DNA of 64,000 nucleotides from the NCBI RefSeq assembly GCF_001194135.2, contig NC_068993.1, forward strand, positions 23,687,006 through 23,751,005, in the 5' to 3' direction. Numbering within the stretch: position 1 is the stretch's first letter; each line of letters starts with the position of its first letter. Positions 36,641 to 50,668 of this stretch are shown one piece after another. A model generated the notes under the pieces. That model was not told where the DNA came from. It saw only the letters and a program-made list of their open reading frames with translations, and ran no database searches. A program made the translations under genes and the position numbers. The DNA comes from Octopus bimaculoides. Lineage: Eukaryota.

Positions 36641-37816
36641 AAATTCGTTTCGATTCGTTATCACACACTATATATATAAAAGATACATGACACACAAATG
36701 AAAGAAAGCTAAAATAATGGGACTATATCTAAAATCAGTTCATATTGTGCGTAACGGGATGCAAGCACAAAGAAATAGAACCAGATTAAAATAGAACAAA
36801 CGTTCTTTAAAAATCCGGTCACATAGTCCATTAATAAAAGAAACGAAAATAAAACAATATACTCTTGTTAGTGTGTATGATGAATATCGTTGTAAGTGTT
36901 AAAACGTACTCGCTATGAAGTAAATGTACCATGAACATCAGAAGCGGTGTCCTTTGTAAAGTTTATTTCCCAACAACTATAACACCAACCTACAGCATTT
37001 AGCTTCAATTATAATTATCGCTCCACATACACAATCGTTGGATCAATGGACATGTGAGGTCTTTCAAGTACAGTATTCTTCCACATTTCAGACAAATACA
37101 ACACAAACAACGTATATATAAGACTTCCTACTTGACAAGAGAAGTAGAAAGAAAAGGAAGAATTTCTGAATACGCCTGCGAGCGGATGTAAGTTCAAAAT
37201 TGTTAATCGAAGCATAAAAGACTGACATAGTATAGACGCAGAAGACACCGAAAAAATCACGAGACACAAAAATAGAAAAGCTTCCACAATCCAATAACAA
37301 TGTCAGCAGTTAAAACATATAGGAAACATTTTCCATTAGTTAAATTACAGAAAGGAAAAAGTCACATTGCACATACATTAGCCCTATAATAAAATAAAAG
37401 TGCAGAAGTACTCATAAAATACGCAAATATATATAGTTATTTACATAAAACCAAATCTACAGAAAGAAAAAAAATAGACACATCGCACTTTTAATACAAT
37501 AAAAGCGCAGCAGTACTCCTGGAACATGGAAATAGATGCAGCTATTTTCATAAAAGCAAAAGCAGACAAAAGAAATATAATAACCCTAACGTAAACGTCG
37601 ATGATGACTATGTGGAAATTTATTAAAGCTTCAATCCATCTCTTCAATATAAAAAGAATATAAATATATCAGTGTTATTTAACTAAAAACAGATTTACAT
37701 GATGCAAAATTCCTACCCAGCATACAAGTAAGCTAATAGTTCTATTAATCACCTGATGAAAATTTTCGGAAGAGAATGGAAGTCGAATAGTAGAAACAAT
37801 GATATAAATCATTTAA

Positions 37817-40176
37817 CCCTCTGTCTACCAATGGGTCCATTTAAGCTTTTTCAGTTGCTTTTTCCTACTGTTTAGATTATTTGATTCTGCTGATTTCTCG
37901 TGACTCTCATTTTTTCTTGACTCTTTTATTTGTCAAATGGGAAATTTTCCATATGTTTATAAAAGCTAGAAAATTTCACTTTATACATTAATTATCGTAT
38001 GGTTCCATTTGACCCTCAAATTAAATTCAGACAATACTCTTGTCATTCTCAACAGAATAAAAGCAGTATCATATATATTATTTTCCTAGATATTTATCAA
38101 ATACAAAATAGATAAAATTGTATTCAATTTATTTGCTGATTTTTAGATAAAATAGGAAAAAGTATGAAAATATTCCTGTAAATTTGTGTGGAATCGCATC
38201 CCCTTCAATCTGCTATGTTATAGGGTGATGCAATATTTCTATGTGATGACACAATTCTTACAACATATTGCATCATCTTTCAGGGGAGTATAAATATGTG
38301 AGAGAGCACATATACCTTTAGTCTGCTATCAAATTTCATAACCAGATATCGACAAGCTTATTGGAATTAGATGAAGAATGGGCAGAGGATAGTAGTGATT
38401 CCATCTGTTGCTCTGAAGATGAAGGTGAAAGTGATTGGGTGTTGGACAGATTAGGTTCTGTGTCATCAAATGATGAATATACACAAAAGCAAATATCTGT
38501 AAGCCAACCAATTATGAATGAGTAATATGTTTCTACAGATAGACAAGAAGTTTGGCATTCTAATCACCTTACTTGCAATAGCATTGAAACGTGTTTTACT
38601 ATCTTTATGCGCCAGAATCTTCTTGAAGTTATTCGTAAATGGACAAATGTTGAAGATCAGGTTCTTTACAAAAAATAAATGGAAGGAAATTGATCACTGT
38701 GAACTAAAGAAATTTATTGGACTTATTATTCTTATAGGTGTTTATAAATCTAAACAAAAAAATGTCACACAGTTATGGAGTCAAGAAGATGGTCGCCCAA
38801 TATTCAACAAAATATTGAATCGGGAAGAATTCAACAGATTTTACAAGAATTGCGTTTTGATGATGCTAATGCAAGAAGAAAAAAAAGTGAAGTGATGATA
38901 AATTGGAGCCCATAAGAGAAGTATTTGAAATGTGGAATCAGAATTTGAAAAATAAATATGTTCCAAGTTCATGCATGACAGTTAATGAACAATTAGTTTT
39001 ATTCAGAGAGCGCTACCCATTCCGGGTATATATTCCTTCAAAACTAGGGAAATATAGAATTAAAATTTGGGCAATATGTGACAGTGAAATATTTTATGCC
39101 TGGAAAATGCAAATCTACACTGGAAAAGACTTAGTAAAAGGGAGAAAGATAAATCAAGGTTCAAGAGTTGTTGAAGACCTCGTAAAAGAACTTGAAAATA
39201 CTGGTCGCAATATAACTTGCGATAATTCTTTTACAAGTCTAGGATTGGCTCCGAAGCTGCTTAGCAGGAAAAATCCTTTAGTTGGAACAATTAGAAAGAA
39301 CAGAGTTGGACCTCCTAGTGCTTTCCCAAATGGAAAAGAAAGAGAAATCAAGTGTACAATATTTGGATTTCAAAAGGATTCTATGATCCTATCTTATTGT
39401 CCCAAGAAAAATTATGTAGTCCCAATTATTAGTACAATGGACTCTCAGCCTTCAATTGATTCAAAAATTACTGAAAAGAAACCTGAATTTATTATATGTT
39501 ACAACAAAACAAAAGTAGGAGTAGATACCTTCGATAAGATGGTACGGTCATACACTTCCAAACGAATGACTCGAAGAAGGCCTATGGCTATATTCTACAA
39601 CATGATTGACATAAGCGCTGCGAATGCTTTCATTGTTGCCAAACAGTTTCACTTCCAAAGTTTCAAGGATAAAAGAATTCAGTGCCTAATTCAGTTAGAA
39701 AAAGAACTTGCTGGCGTTAACACTAAACAAGACAAACAGACTTCTACTTCCGCTAACATTTCTCAACCAAACAAGAAAAGAAGACGATCTTCAACCTCAT
39801 TTGAGATTCCTCAGCCAAAGAAGAATGGAAGATGTTCTTTGTGTGGCCCCCAAAAAAGAAAGGAAAACTCGTACTACATGTAAGAATTGTAATATCCATG
39901 TCTGACAAGAACATTCCTATGGTGTCTGCATTCACTGCCATGAAGAGCTGTAATTCTGTGTGCTTGTATTTTTTTTTAATTATAATATATTCTGTAAGCT
40001 GTATTTCTTAATTAAAATTTGTGAGAAAGAGTAATTCTTCATTCACCTGATAGCATCTATAATGTAGCTAAGAAATAGTGGTAGTTTGAATAAAATCTAA
40101 TTTAAAAAAAAAAATATTAGGTCCACTGGACGCAGTTGGTAATTGGTGACATACATTTTCTCTAGTAGACCAAGGG
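37817..40176 (+). mobile_element. Full-length piggyBac transposon (2360 bp) with TTAA target duplications
   Basis: TTAA 37813-37816 followed by CCCTCTGTCTACCA; right end TAGTAGACCAAGGG followed by TTAA 40177-40180 (TIRs 11/14). Encloses a piggyBac transposase. Confidence 0.93.
38345..39945 (+). pseudogene. piggyBac transposase, frameshifted
   Basis: Acidic N-terminus; ELKKFIGLIILIGV..LWS; CMTVNEQL (first catalytic D reads N); GRNITCDNSFTS; YNKTKVGVDTFD; split C-terminal Cys-rich domain (CSLC / TCKNCNIHVCQEH). Confidence 0.92.
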
Positions 40177-43100
40177 TTAATAATCGTACTAGAATTGGAG
40201 AACGCATCGTTATAAAGACAACTGGCAGTAAAAATAAAATAAGTACTCAAGAAAAACTTTTACTGAATTCTCTTACAAAATATATTTGGCAAAAGATGAA
40301 GACGAAATCATATTGAATCTGCATAATTTAATATAGCATAAGCAAGTTAAAAGGAAAGCTAACAGTGGATAAACATATTTTTAGAGAAGAATAGAAACAG
40401 AAAGTCTGATACCAGTAACATATTAACGATACAAATTTTGGGATTAAAAAAATTATAATATATAAGGAAAATAGATTTAAATTAGTAGCAAACATCTAGA
40501 TCTGGTTGCTAATCCTTCAATGGAAATATTTATTTACAGATCTGACTGTATATAAGCATTTGTGTTGTTTGATTCATAACCTTGCACTTAGATATGGAAA
40601 GGAATATAAGGTGGTGTAAGTATGCATCATAGATTGTATACAATAGTTGTCTCGCTTAGATAATGTAGGATATTTCTGTCCAGGCTAACAAGGCGAACAA
40701 AGAACACTAGCCTACAGCTAAAGATCTATCGGTACCTTCTGAGAAAACATATCTCATGAAGACATGTGGAACAGAACTGGACTGAGACAATGTGACGTTT
40801 AAAACAAACAGTTTCAATAATAATCGGAGAATTAAGTATGGTGGTATAGAAGAAGAATAAACGCATAAAAGTCGTAACAAGGTTTGTAAATTGGTATACT
40901 GTCCAAAACACTTTAGTGTGCTACGCTGAGCCTACTTTATATTGGCTTCATAGCTACTACCAGGCAAAAGTTTTCCCAACAAAATATATCCCACATCAAC
41001 TGATAAATGGATTAGTGATTAGCATTCAAAAGCTTCTCGGTTCAGTTACGGGCACTTCGTCCGTTACTACGATATATCAAATGATTTTGGCTTATATTTC
41101 AGCCAATCGTTATTCTGAAACATTTGTGTGGTAGTGTGATTAAATGGAAAATTGCACGTAGTTTCGTATCATGGCTATAAATTGAGACATGCAGGAAATA
41201 CAAACCAGAGGAGAGGGAGCACTTGCAGTGTCAGAAATTTTGTTGGTCAATCAGCATTCCTGCCATGTTGACCTTGTGTTAATGAAATTTTCTCACTAAG
41301 CATACATTTTCTGTTCTGGTCAAGCAAAGCATAATCTCATACATTAGTTTTAACTCTCACAACGATTCGACATAACGGCATATGTAAAGTAACCATTGTA
41401 ATATCTATGCGTAAATAAAGATCGTTACCCAAAGCTGATATTCATAACTGGTTCTGTTGATGTATAATTACTATGCATCTCACGTAAGACAACTTCTACA
41501 CGATCGACCTCTGACATTATTAAATACACAACGCAACTTTATCCAGCAGCTGCCACCCTGTTCTATAGCTCAAACCTCACAAAATATACGAAACGCAGTC
41601 CACATTTAATATAATCGCAACTCTAGCATCGGAATATTTCACATGTTAAGAAAAGCTACAGAAATATAAGGAAACCTTTCAAATACTACACGAAAATTAG
41701 CATATATGAAATATATGACATCTATCTTGATTCCCAAAAGTGACGCTACTCATGAAGCAAGACCGCTGCCCTGCATAATATAGTACAATAATAACTTGTC
41801 TGATATAAATGATAATAATACACTTTTAATGAAAAAATAAAAGAAAGTGTTTGTTAATGACTATTTTCGATATCATTGTTCGGTTTGTATTCATTTACTT
41901 TCAATAGAACATATACGACTACGGCAAGGGACGTATAGGTCACATTGTAAATGAAATAGTAAAGTATTCGAAAAAAGATTGTGAAAACAATTTTATTTGG
42001 CAGGTAAACAATACACCTGTCAACAATGTATGATGCATTCCATATGAAACAGAAATATTTATCGATTATAATTATATTGTAGAAAACGACTTATTAAATT
42101 GTGAAACAGTAGTCGAGTGACTAGATACGCTTCGTACAGAGCAGAAATTGAAAGGTAAATAAAATAGTGAAACTGAATGAGAATATGGGTGCCGAAAAGA
42201 AGAAATTAAACCAATAAATACAAGATACAGTCAGAATAACATGAAACTGAACAAAGTAATAAGGTGAAATAGAATACGTGGAGCATAAGAGAAAGAGAAT
42301 GGTAGAAGTTATGCAATTAAATATATTGGAATTAGTGAGAAATTCAAATGTTTTGAAGAGCACCTCGAAATATTGGTTAAAATAATTGATCTTACTAGAA
42401 CAAGTTAATATTTGAATAGATACCATCGGATAATACGAAAATTGAAATCTTTGTTGAAATATGTTTATTTGATGCACAACATACTTTTCTATGCAGACGA
42501 TTGATAAACTGACAATTGGCATTTATTTTCTAATAACAATGATTGCAAATATTTTGTGAGAGGAAGAATATAACTTTGACCAAAAATAAAAAAATGTTTT
42601 ACTATTATCAAAGCAATTTATCAGTTTATATGTCCTCTCATGCTTCTTTATCGTTACTTCATAAATTTATGTTAATCTATATCCTTCCATTTGTTATGTA
42701 AAAGAAAATCAAAAAAAAAATCATATGCTATCATATAATCTGCATTTAATTTCCGTAACATTGTCATCCATAATATTTTATTCAGATAAGATACTTTCAG
42801 TTTCCGAAGAGAAAGAAGACAGGAAGTGTTACAGATTAAGGCAAATGACAACTACGTGATAAGCTTTGGTTACAGAAACAGAATATTCCGCTTCCTATAC
42901 ATATCAAACAATTTGTAACCAATGTTATTTTAATATTATACTTTTAGTATCGTATCAATTTATTTTAAGCCTCAAGAACTATAACAAAATAAAGATAACA
43001 ATGGCAAAGACAACAACAATAGCAAAAACAATAACATCAGGATCATTAACAACAGAAAAGTAGAATCAGCAATAGTAACCAAGTCGGCGGAATGGAAAAT

Positions 43101-43264
43101 GTTATTCTTGGAAACTCAAAGTTCACAAATATGCACCACTACCATGATGGCAAATAACAGTAGCAGTAAAATTATCCTTTCTGCTATAGGCGCAAGGCCT
43201 GAAATTGTGGGGAAGAGGGCTAGTTGATTACATTCAATCCAATGCTCGGCCATATATTCCTCAT

Positions 43265-43995
43265 TAATCATTCTTGTGTGATTACTGTGTCCTTCTTTGT
43301 ATTACTTTTGGAACAGCTTCTCGCACTCATCCTCAATATGTCATACAGTCTCATGATTATTCCCACACAACAAGCAATTGTTACCTTCAATCCTGTATTT
43401 CATGTCAATACTTTATTTCATGTAATTTATACTTTAGTGTTTGTTTATGCGTAGCATAGATAATCTCTTTTGTTTCTGACTCCAAGTCACTCTTACTTAG
43501 TCAGTGCCACCATCATTCGGCGTCTATATTCCTGCTCAACGTTTTAGTAAGGTACCAGTAAATATTTTGTCCCGTTCCATTTGGTTTCGTATTTCCTAGT
43601 CTTCTTATTTCTTTGTATTTCTCTGACACCACACAAGGAATTGAATCAGATACTCTAGCCTGGACCATGAAGGGTTCTGTAACTTTATTGATTTACTCTA
43701 AGATATATTCTGAGCATATGCCCGTGACTACGCTTGTATTTGCTTAGATAAAGACTGTCAATATTGTTCTGCTCCATGTATTATGAGCAATTTCATTGAC
43801 TTTCGGTCTAGCCTCAGTAAATCCTCTTTCCTCTAATCCATGACAACCTACAGCATACCTTAACGAAATCGAGCTGGTATTGATTATCTGAAACTTATTT
43901 ATTCCATTAAGTGTTAACTGCAACAACAATCTTCAAAGACTTGCTTGTATAAAGCCATTCTTCATTTCTTCATCTATGACTCACTTCATTTGTAG
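43265..43995 (-). mobile_element. R4/Dong-type LINE fragment (thumb to CCHC region), heavily decayed
   Basis: Manual translation gives LSKSDLESETKEIIYATHKQTL and CGNNHETV*HIEDECEKLFQK*YK, homologous to 59030-59230. Confidence 0.68.
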
Positions 43996-44334
43996 GGGGC
44001 CTGTTATCGCCAATAATGTTCTATACATTGAAGTATGTGGATTTTCTCTCTTGTTAAGAATAGTACTCCAAAATTATTTACACAAAATTCCATTTTGATA
44101 CTCTTCCTACAGCTTCGTTTCATCATACAACATGAGATCATTCGTGAAAAATAACTCACATGCAGATGCTGCATTTCTAAGTAGCAATGTTGAATCACCC
44201 ATACACTAAACACAAAATAAACAAAAGTAAATGTTGTTGTTTTCACTCTTATTCTTCTTAACACCAACATTTCCCATTAACGAATATATATATATATAGA
44301 TACATAGATACATAAAATCGTATATATTTTTTAA

Positions 44335-44735
44335 TCTTTCTTTTTGGTTTACTTGTTTCAGTTATTAGACTGCGGTTATGCTGGGTCACTACATTGAAGA
44401 ATTTTACTCGAACGAATCAATCCAAGAATTTATTTTTGTTTAGTAAGGCCTGGTACTTATTTTATCGTTCTCTTTTCCGGAACCACGACGTTACCTGGGC
44501 GTAAACACGCCAACGCATGTCGTCAAGCAGTAGTAGGGATAAATATATACAGAAAGATAGATATCTAAGCCGTCACACATATATACACATATAGATAGAG
44601 TTTCTTTCGGTTTCCAACAACCAAAGCAACTCCCAAGGCTTTAGTCGGCCCGAGGCTATAGATAACTATTGGTACCACGCAGTGGAACTGAACCCGGGGC
44701 CATGTGGTTGGGAACCTAACTTCTTACCACAAGGA
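44335..44735 (-). mobile_element. CORE-type tRNA SINE (same family as 56581-56968)
   Basis: Minus: GTGGTAAGAAGTTAGGTTCCCAACCACATGGCCCCGGGTTCAGTTCCACTGCGTGG..TATAGCCTCGGGCCGACTAAAGCCTTG..tail CCAGCATAACCGCAGTC..CTGAAACAAGTAAA. Confidence 0.85.
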
Positions 44736-45294
44736 CATACCGTGAGATGCATGGTAAATGAATTTTCTTCCTTTTGGAGCAATAAATGCAGCTATCTCAA
44801 AACATTTTGGAGAGGAGAAACATAAAGTAGAAACAACTTCATGTGTATTATCCGAACAAATTAGTTGCAGATACAAACCTTCATCTATTATTTTTTAAAT
44901 AAAACCATTTTCTATCAAATTTCAAAATGCAATTTTACATCCATGGAAGCAATTTTAAGTCAAATATGATTCTAGATAAAGAATTTTGGAAAAGGATGAC
45001 AAACATACAATCACATTTATTTCCTTGTAAGATTTATTAGCACAGACTCATGCAATGCAATCTATATACGTCTATGACACAAAAACAAGCTTCCATTATA
45101 TATTATAAACAATTGATTTACATATTGTAAAACATGAATATAGTAAATTATGTAAATCCTACCCTTATGATAATTTTTAGTACTTTCAATTTAGTATATA
45201 TCTGCATGTATAGCAAGACATATTTACATGTGCAAATAGGTATGTTTGTATACTTAATGTCTGTACCTGTCTAACTAGAATGTTAACGCACCTA

Positions 45295-45406
45295 TGTATG
45301 TATGTATGTATGTATGTATGTATGTATGTATGTATGTATGCATGAATGTATGTTTGAATGTATGTACGTACGTATGTATGTATGCATGTATATATACATA
45401 TATATA
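45295..45406. repeat. (TATG)n/(TA)n microsatellite at the Tc1 left flank
   Basis: Directly visible. Confidence 0.93.
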
Positions 45407-46659
45407 CAGGGGTTGGACAAAATAACGGAAACACGTAGCATCATAACATCATAATTTGCAAATATGTATAAAACCGTGAAAAGCTTGCTTATTTTTATGT
45501 TGTTTGATTTATTATTAGCGTTGCTTAATATGATTTGCTACAATTGATGTTTCTTTTCAGGTATCATCAGAAAATGGTACATAAAATTCATTAAAATGAC
45601 AGATCTATCAGACTTTCAGAGAGGTCAAATTGTTGGTTCTTGTATGGTTGGCGTTCGTATGGCAGGCGCTAGCGTAACGAAGATATCCGAAATGTTTTCT
45701 GTCTCAAAAAGTACTCTCTCGAAAGTTATGACAGCATTTGATAAAGAGAGAAAAGCCTCCTCGTGGAAACAAAACTCCGGAAGAAAACCAAAACTTTCCG
45801 ATAGGGACCGTCGGACTCTTACGCGAATTGTTAGAAAGGATCACAAAATAAGTACAGCTCCCCAAATTACTGTAGAGCTTAATGACCACCTCAAGAACCC
45901 AGGTTCCTCAAAAACTGTTCGCCGGGATCTGCATAAAGCTGAATTTCACGGGAAGCGTTTAGAATGGAGTAAACATTTACAGAATTCGTCCCTAGAGCCG
46001 TGGAAGAATGTTATATTCTCGGACGAGTTATCCTTTGCCTTATTTCCGACCACCGGCCGGGTATATGTGTGGAGACAGCTAAAAGAAGCATTTGACCCAA
46101 ACTGCCTTTTTCCAACTGTTAAACATGGAGGAGGATCTGCAATGATCTGAGGGTGGGGCTATTTCTTAGAAATCCGCCAGCCCAATGGTTTCCCTTTATG
46201 GCAGAATTAATAGTCAAGTCTATTTAAGCATTTTATATGATCAAATTCATCCTATAGTTGCGGTACTGTTTCCGAAGGGAAACACAATCTTTCAAGATGA
46301 TAATGCACCAATTCACACAGCTAAAGTTGTTACTGAATGGCACGAGGATCATTCTAGTGAAGTTGAACATTCTAGTGAAGTTGGCCATCCACAGTCCCCA
46401 GATCTCAATGATATTGAACATTTATGGTGCATTTTCGAAAAAGAAGTAAAGAGTTGATGTCCTCCACCATCATCACAAGAAATGGAGACTGTTTTAGCTG
46501 AAGAATGGAGAAAACTTTCTTCGGAAGCAATTCAAACTTAGTACGAGTCCATACCTCGTAGAATTCAAGCTGCAATTACTGCCAAAGGTGGTCCTTCCCC
46601 ATATTAAAATAAATTTGTTTGAAATTTTCAGGTGTTTCCATTATTTTGTCCAACCCCTG
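45407..46659 (+). mobile_element. Full-length Tc1-family transposon (1253 bp)
   Basis: TA|CAGGGGTTGGACAAAATAACGGAAACAC ... GTGTTTCCATTATTTTGTCCAACCCCTG (28-bp TIR, 1 mismatch). The right TA is lost to a (CT)n array. Confidence 0.95.
45596..46607 (+). pseudogene. Tc1 transposase with stop codon and indels
   Basis: MTDLSDFQRGQIVG..SGRKPKLSDRDRR..VIFSDE..TVKHGGGS..FQDDNAPIHTA..SPDLNDIEHLW..IPRRIQAAITAKGGPSPY*. Confidence 0.93.
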
Positions 46660-46746
<87 letters not shown>

Positions 46747-46779
46747 GTACATACATATATATATATGTATATATAGGAG

Positions 46780-46832
<53 letters not shown>
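46660..46832. repeat. (CT)n - AT-rich spacer - (GA)n, a self-complementary microsatellite pair
   Basis: Directly visible. Confidence 0.95.
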
Positions 46833-47589
46833 TAGATATTATAAATACGTATTTCTTATATATTAAGCTAATATTCATTTATATACACACAAATGCACAC
46901 ACAGACTCGCATACACTCACACAAACCAATAAACATGATATATGTGTGTGTCTGCGTATGTGTGCGTATGTGTGTATGTATGAGTGAAAAGCTACAAGAA
47001 GTAAAAGACATAGTTTTTTGTACATGTGTATATTTGTCAATAAAAATATTGCCTACGTTATACAGAAAAGGAAATATAGTGAACTGAAGGTGATAGTTAA
47101 TTTAATATATGAATCCAATTATTTAAAGCAACCAAATTCATGTACATAGCAATTTGAAAGACTATTTTCAGAAGCAGTAACTGTTTGCGATTTGAGAATT
47201 TCAGAGAAATTCAACAATTACATTGTTTTTATAATATAACGTTATTTGCATTACGTTATTTCTCTATCTCTCGTTCTCTTACTCTCTCTCACCTTTCCCC
47301 TCACTTTATCCCTCTTTCTCTCTCCTTCCCTTTCCCTATCTGACTCCTCTCTCTCTCACACACACATACATATAAATATTTATATATATGAATGTGTGTA
47401 TGTATGTGTGTGCATTTGTGTGTGTGTGTTTGTGTGTGTGTGTCTGTCTGTCTGTGTATGTGTGTGTGCATAGAACTCAAAACAGGAGTATATATATGTA
47501 TTTCTTATTAATAACTAACAGAATTATTAATAAAAAATACAGAATTCCGTGCGACGGCACTTAATCAAACTGGTTTCATTTCATATCAA

Positions 47590-48410
47590 TGGGGCTACGT
47601 TCAAATCCCAGTGATAACGATATTTCCCTGGATCGTTCTCGAACGAATTATATATAATCCTCTGTGGGATAAGCCTGTTGAAGTTCCGGCTTCTGCCGCT
47701 AGAAGCCATTTGATGCGACTCTCAGGCATTAATATGCAAATCGGCATTGTTGGATGAAGTCGAACTATCACCTGATGCATCCTTATTTTGCAGTGCTTCT
47801 CCCCTGCTCGTCGACTTCTCCGATGGCTGAAATGAAAGAACAGCGTGCTTCCGTCAAATTCTGTTTTCTGCTGGGCAAAACGGTGGCTGAAACAGTTGTC
47901 ATGATTCAAACGGCTAACAGTTAAGCTGCCATGAGCAAAGCAAGTTACTGAGTGGTTTTCACGCTTTAGGAATGGTCACTTGTCGCTTGAAAGCCAACCT
48001 CGAATGAAAACACTAATAAAATTCATGAATTGATGTTGGATGACCGTCACCAAACTACTAACGAAGTTGTTGATATTACTGGTGTGTCCAAAATCTCCTC
48101 CAAACGAATTTTGAGTGAGGAATTGCGATTGAAAAACGTTGTAGCAAAATTTGTGAACGTGTGTCGTGAACTGAAAGAACAGGTGAAAGTTGATCCGGAC
48201 CTTTTTTCCGAAGGCTATCACTGGTGGCGGAAGCGGGTGCTATGGAATTTGCAGATGTGGAAGAGGTGAAGAAAAATCGAGGGAGGCGTTAAAAGGAATC
48301 ACTTTGCAAGAGGTACAACCCAGCTTCGAATAGTAGAAAATGCGTCTGGAGCGATGCATTGCTTCAAATTGAGAATAGTTTGAATGGGATAAAAGGGTAT
48401 ACATGTCAAT
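47590..48410 (+). mobile_element. Internally deleted mariner element
   Basis: MAEMKEQRASVKFCFLLGKTVAETVVMIQTA..WFSRFRNGHLSLE..LMLDDRHQTTNEVVDITG..ILSEELRLKNVVAKFV..KMRLERCIASN. Confidence 0.85.
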
Positions 48411-50334
48411 TAAATAGATTTCAATACGTCTTTAGACGCGAACGAGGTGGGTGTGTGTGCACGTGTGTTTGTACATGCGCCCGCTGTCAGAATGTTCGTG
48501 AGAATGCATTAGAACAGCAAGTCTCTCTTGCTAATATAACAATAGATGTTTTTCTATCTTGATAATGTATATGAAGAGAAATTACACGAATGTGAAAGTG
48601 CAGATTACCTGTGTATCAGCCAACGTTATGCATCTAGATGACACGAACAAATGCTATTAAGTAATAAAAATTAAACGTAATACTCATCTGAAATGTAAAT
48701 ATTGCCAATGTAATTTTCGATAAAGTTAATTATAATTGCAATCTCATTGTGACTATCACACTATATATTACAGCGGCAAACAATTTACTCACATTTTTCC
48801 ATATGTTGCTTTGTGCGTAGTGATCAATACTGATCGCTTGCTAAGTCACTCAACCTACTGAAAATTGCAGCAAATCTCCTTGAAATCAAACCATTTTCTA
48901 TAAAAGTAAGTTTAGTCTGAAAATGTAGTCACAGATAATGAGAAAGGCTATATGGTCAGCGGTGGAAAGCAGCAATTCATCGTAGGTGTGTTTGTTCAGC
49001 ACTGTTGCAATAACAACAATTAATAATATGTGTGCAACACAATATATCAGATTGATTCAACAAGCATTATTGATGCCGAGCAGAATCGATGTGCCAAAAC
49101 TTACTAAAGAATACTTTGGATAATGTGTTAAAGATACAAGAAATGTGACGCTCATCGCTAGAATATATTTGATCATAGGACTGCTTGATCAGTGTTTACT
49201 TGATACTAATTATCAGCCGTAAATGTTACGCAACTTATTGATTTTAGATATTTTATACTTGACACTAACGTACTGTCAGTTTTATTTCAGAAAGAAGTAT
49301 GTTAGATACACAGCACTCAGTACCTACGTCCAGTTTTTAGTGTTATTGAGTAGAGCATTGTCAATTAAATCTACACCTGTCTTTAGCTGCTAATTTATTT
49401 GATCGAATCTGCATAGATGAAAGGCAAAATTAATGACAGGAATGAGGACTTAAAACTTGTAGGGCTTAAATATTGCAAATCATTTCCTTCTCCATTGTAA
49501 AGCTTTGCGAATACCGCGCCGTTTTGTAACAAGTTTTATTAATTACGATAATCTATACTGGTCGTTATAACATTGTTGTAAATTAGTTTCACTGAAAGGT
49601 ACTTTTAATTGAGCCTGATGGTAATTATGGTGCTGTTTTCTCATGAAAATTCTAATAATGTTCTTTGTGATGTTGGTAGCAATAGGGTTTCTCATAATTA
49701 GGAAGGCGAGGTGTGCATTAATTCTAATATTAATGTAGTGATTATGAAATTCCCGCCAAGTAGCGGCTTCTAATCAAATATATATTAGCATCTCTTTCGA
49801 TTCTATACACATTTAATGATAACGAATTCATTAAACTACGCTATTCACGATGTCTACCATTACAGTATTTTCATTGTTTGTGTACAAGGCAGCCCTGAGC
49901 TCGATGAGCTATGAACAAGAGCGTTTAAATCATTAAGCCATGACAACAATATCACTCAATTCATAAATTTCAAGATAATAGGAAGTAAATCCAAGGAAAA
50001 TTGGCTGATATTTATATTTGATCCAACGACCGTGTACAAGATTTCTCGTTGATATATTGCTTTGGTAGTTTTCCGTTGAGGCTTGCCATCGACGCTTAAC
50101 AACAGAGCAATAAAGTTATTGAAATATCAACTGTTGCCGGATGTGAATTGTACTTAGTCACGCTACCACTAGATCAGTATAGTGATTTCAGATTAAGATT
50201 ACATACAATTTATATTTCGCTAACTTCAAATCCATCTTAAATAGCCCATTCCAAACGTGTGTTTATCACATAGAAATAGGAGTATATGTTGCAGCAGTAG
50301 CAGCGGTGTTGGCACTAATACAAAAAGTGCTAAT

Positions 50335-50348
50335 GTTACTACTACTAC

Positions 50349-50405
<57 letters not shown>
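50335..50405. repeat. (CTA)n/(GTA)n microsatellite
   Basis: Directly visible. Confidence 0.95.
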
Positions 50406-50668
50406 AAATACTTGAAGTATTAACTATGTTCTTCCACAAGTTTACATGATTATATACTCTACTAGGAAATAAAACGCAGATTTTAAGGAATAATCATTCA
50501 AAGCCCACGCAGTTTATACTGAGGTTCATCGTCATGCACATTTGTATGTACGTATGTGTGCATGCATGCATGCAAGCATGTACGTATGCGTGTACGTATG
50601 CGTGTACAAAAGTCATAAAAATATGAAAATGTTGTTTTGTTTAAATCAACTTAGTTCTAAAGATTTGT

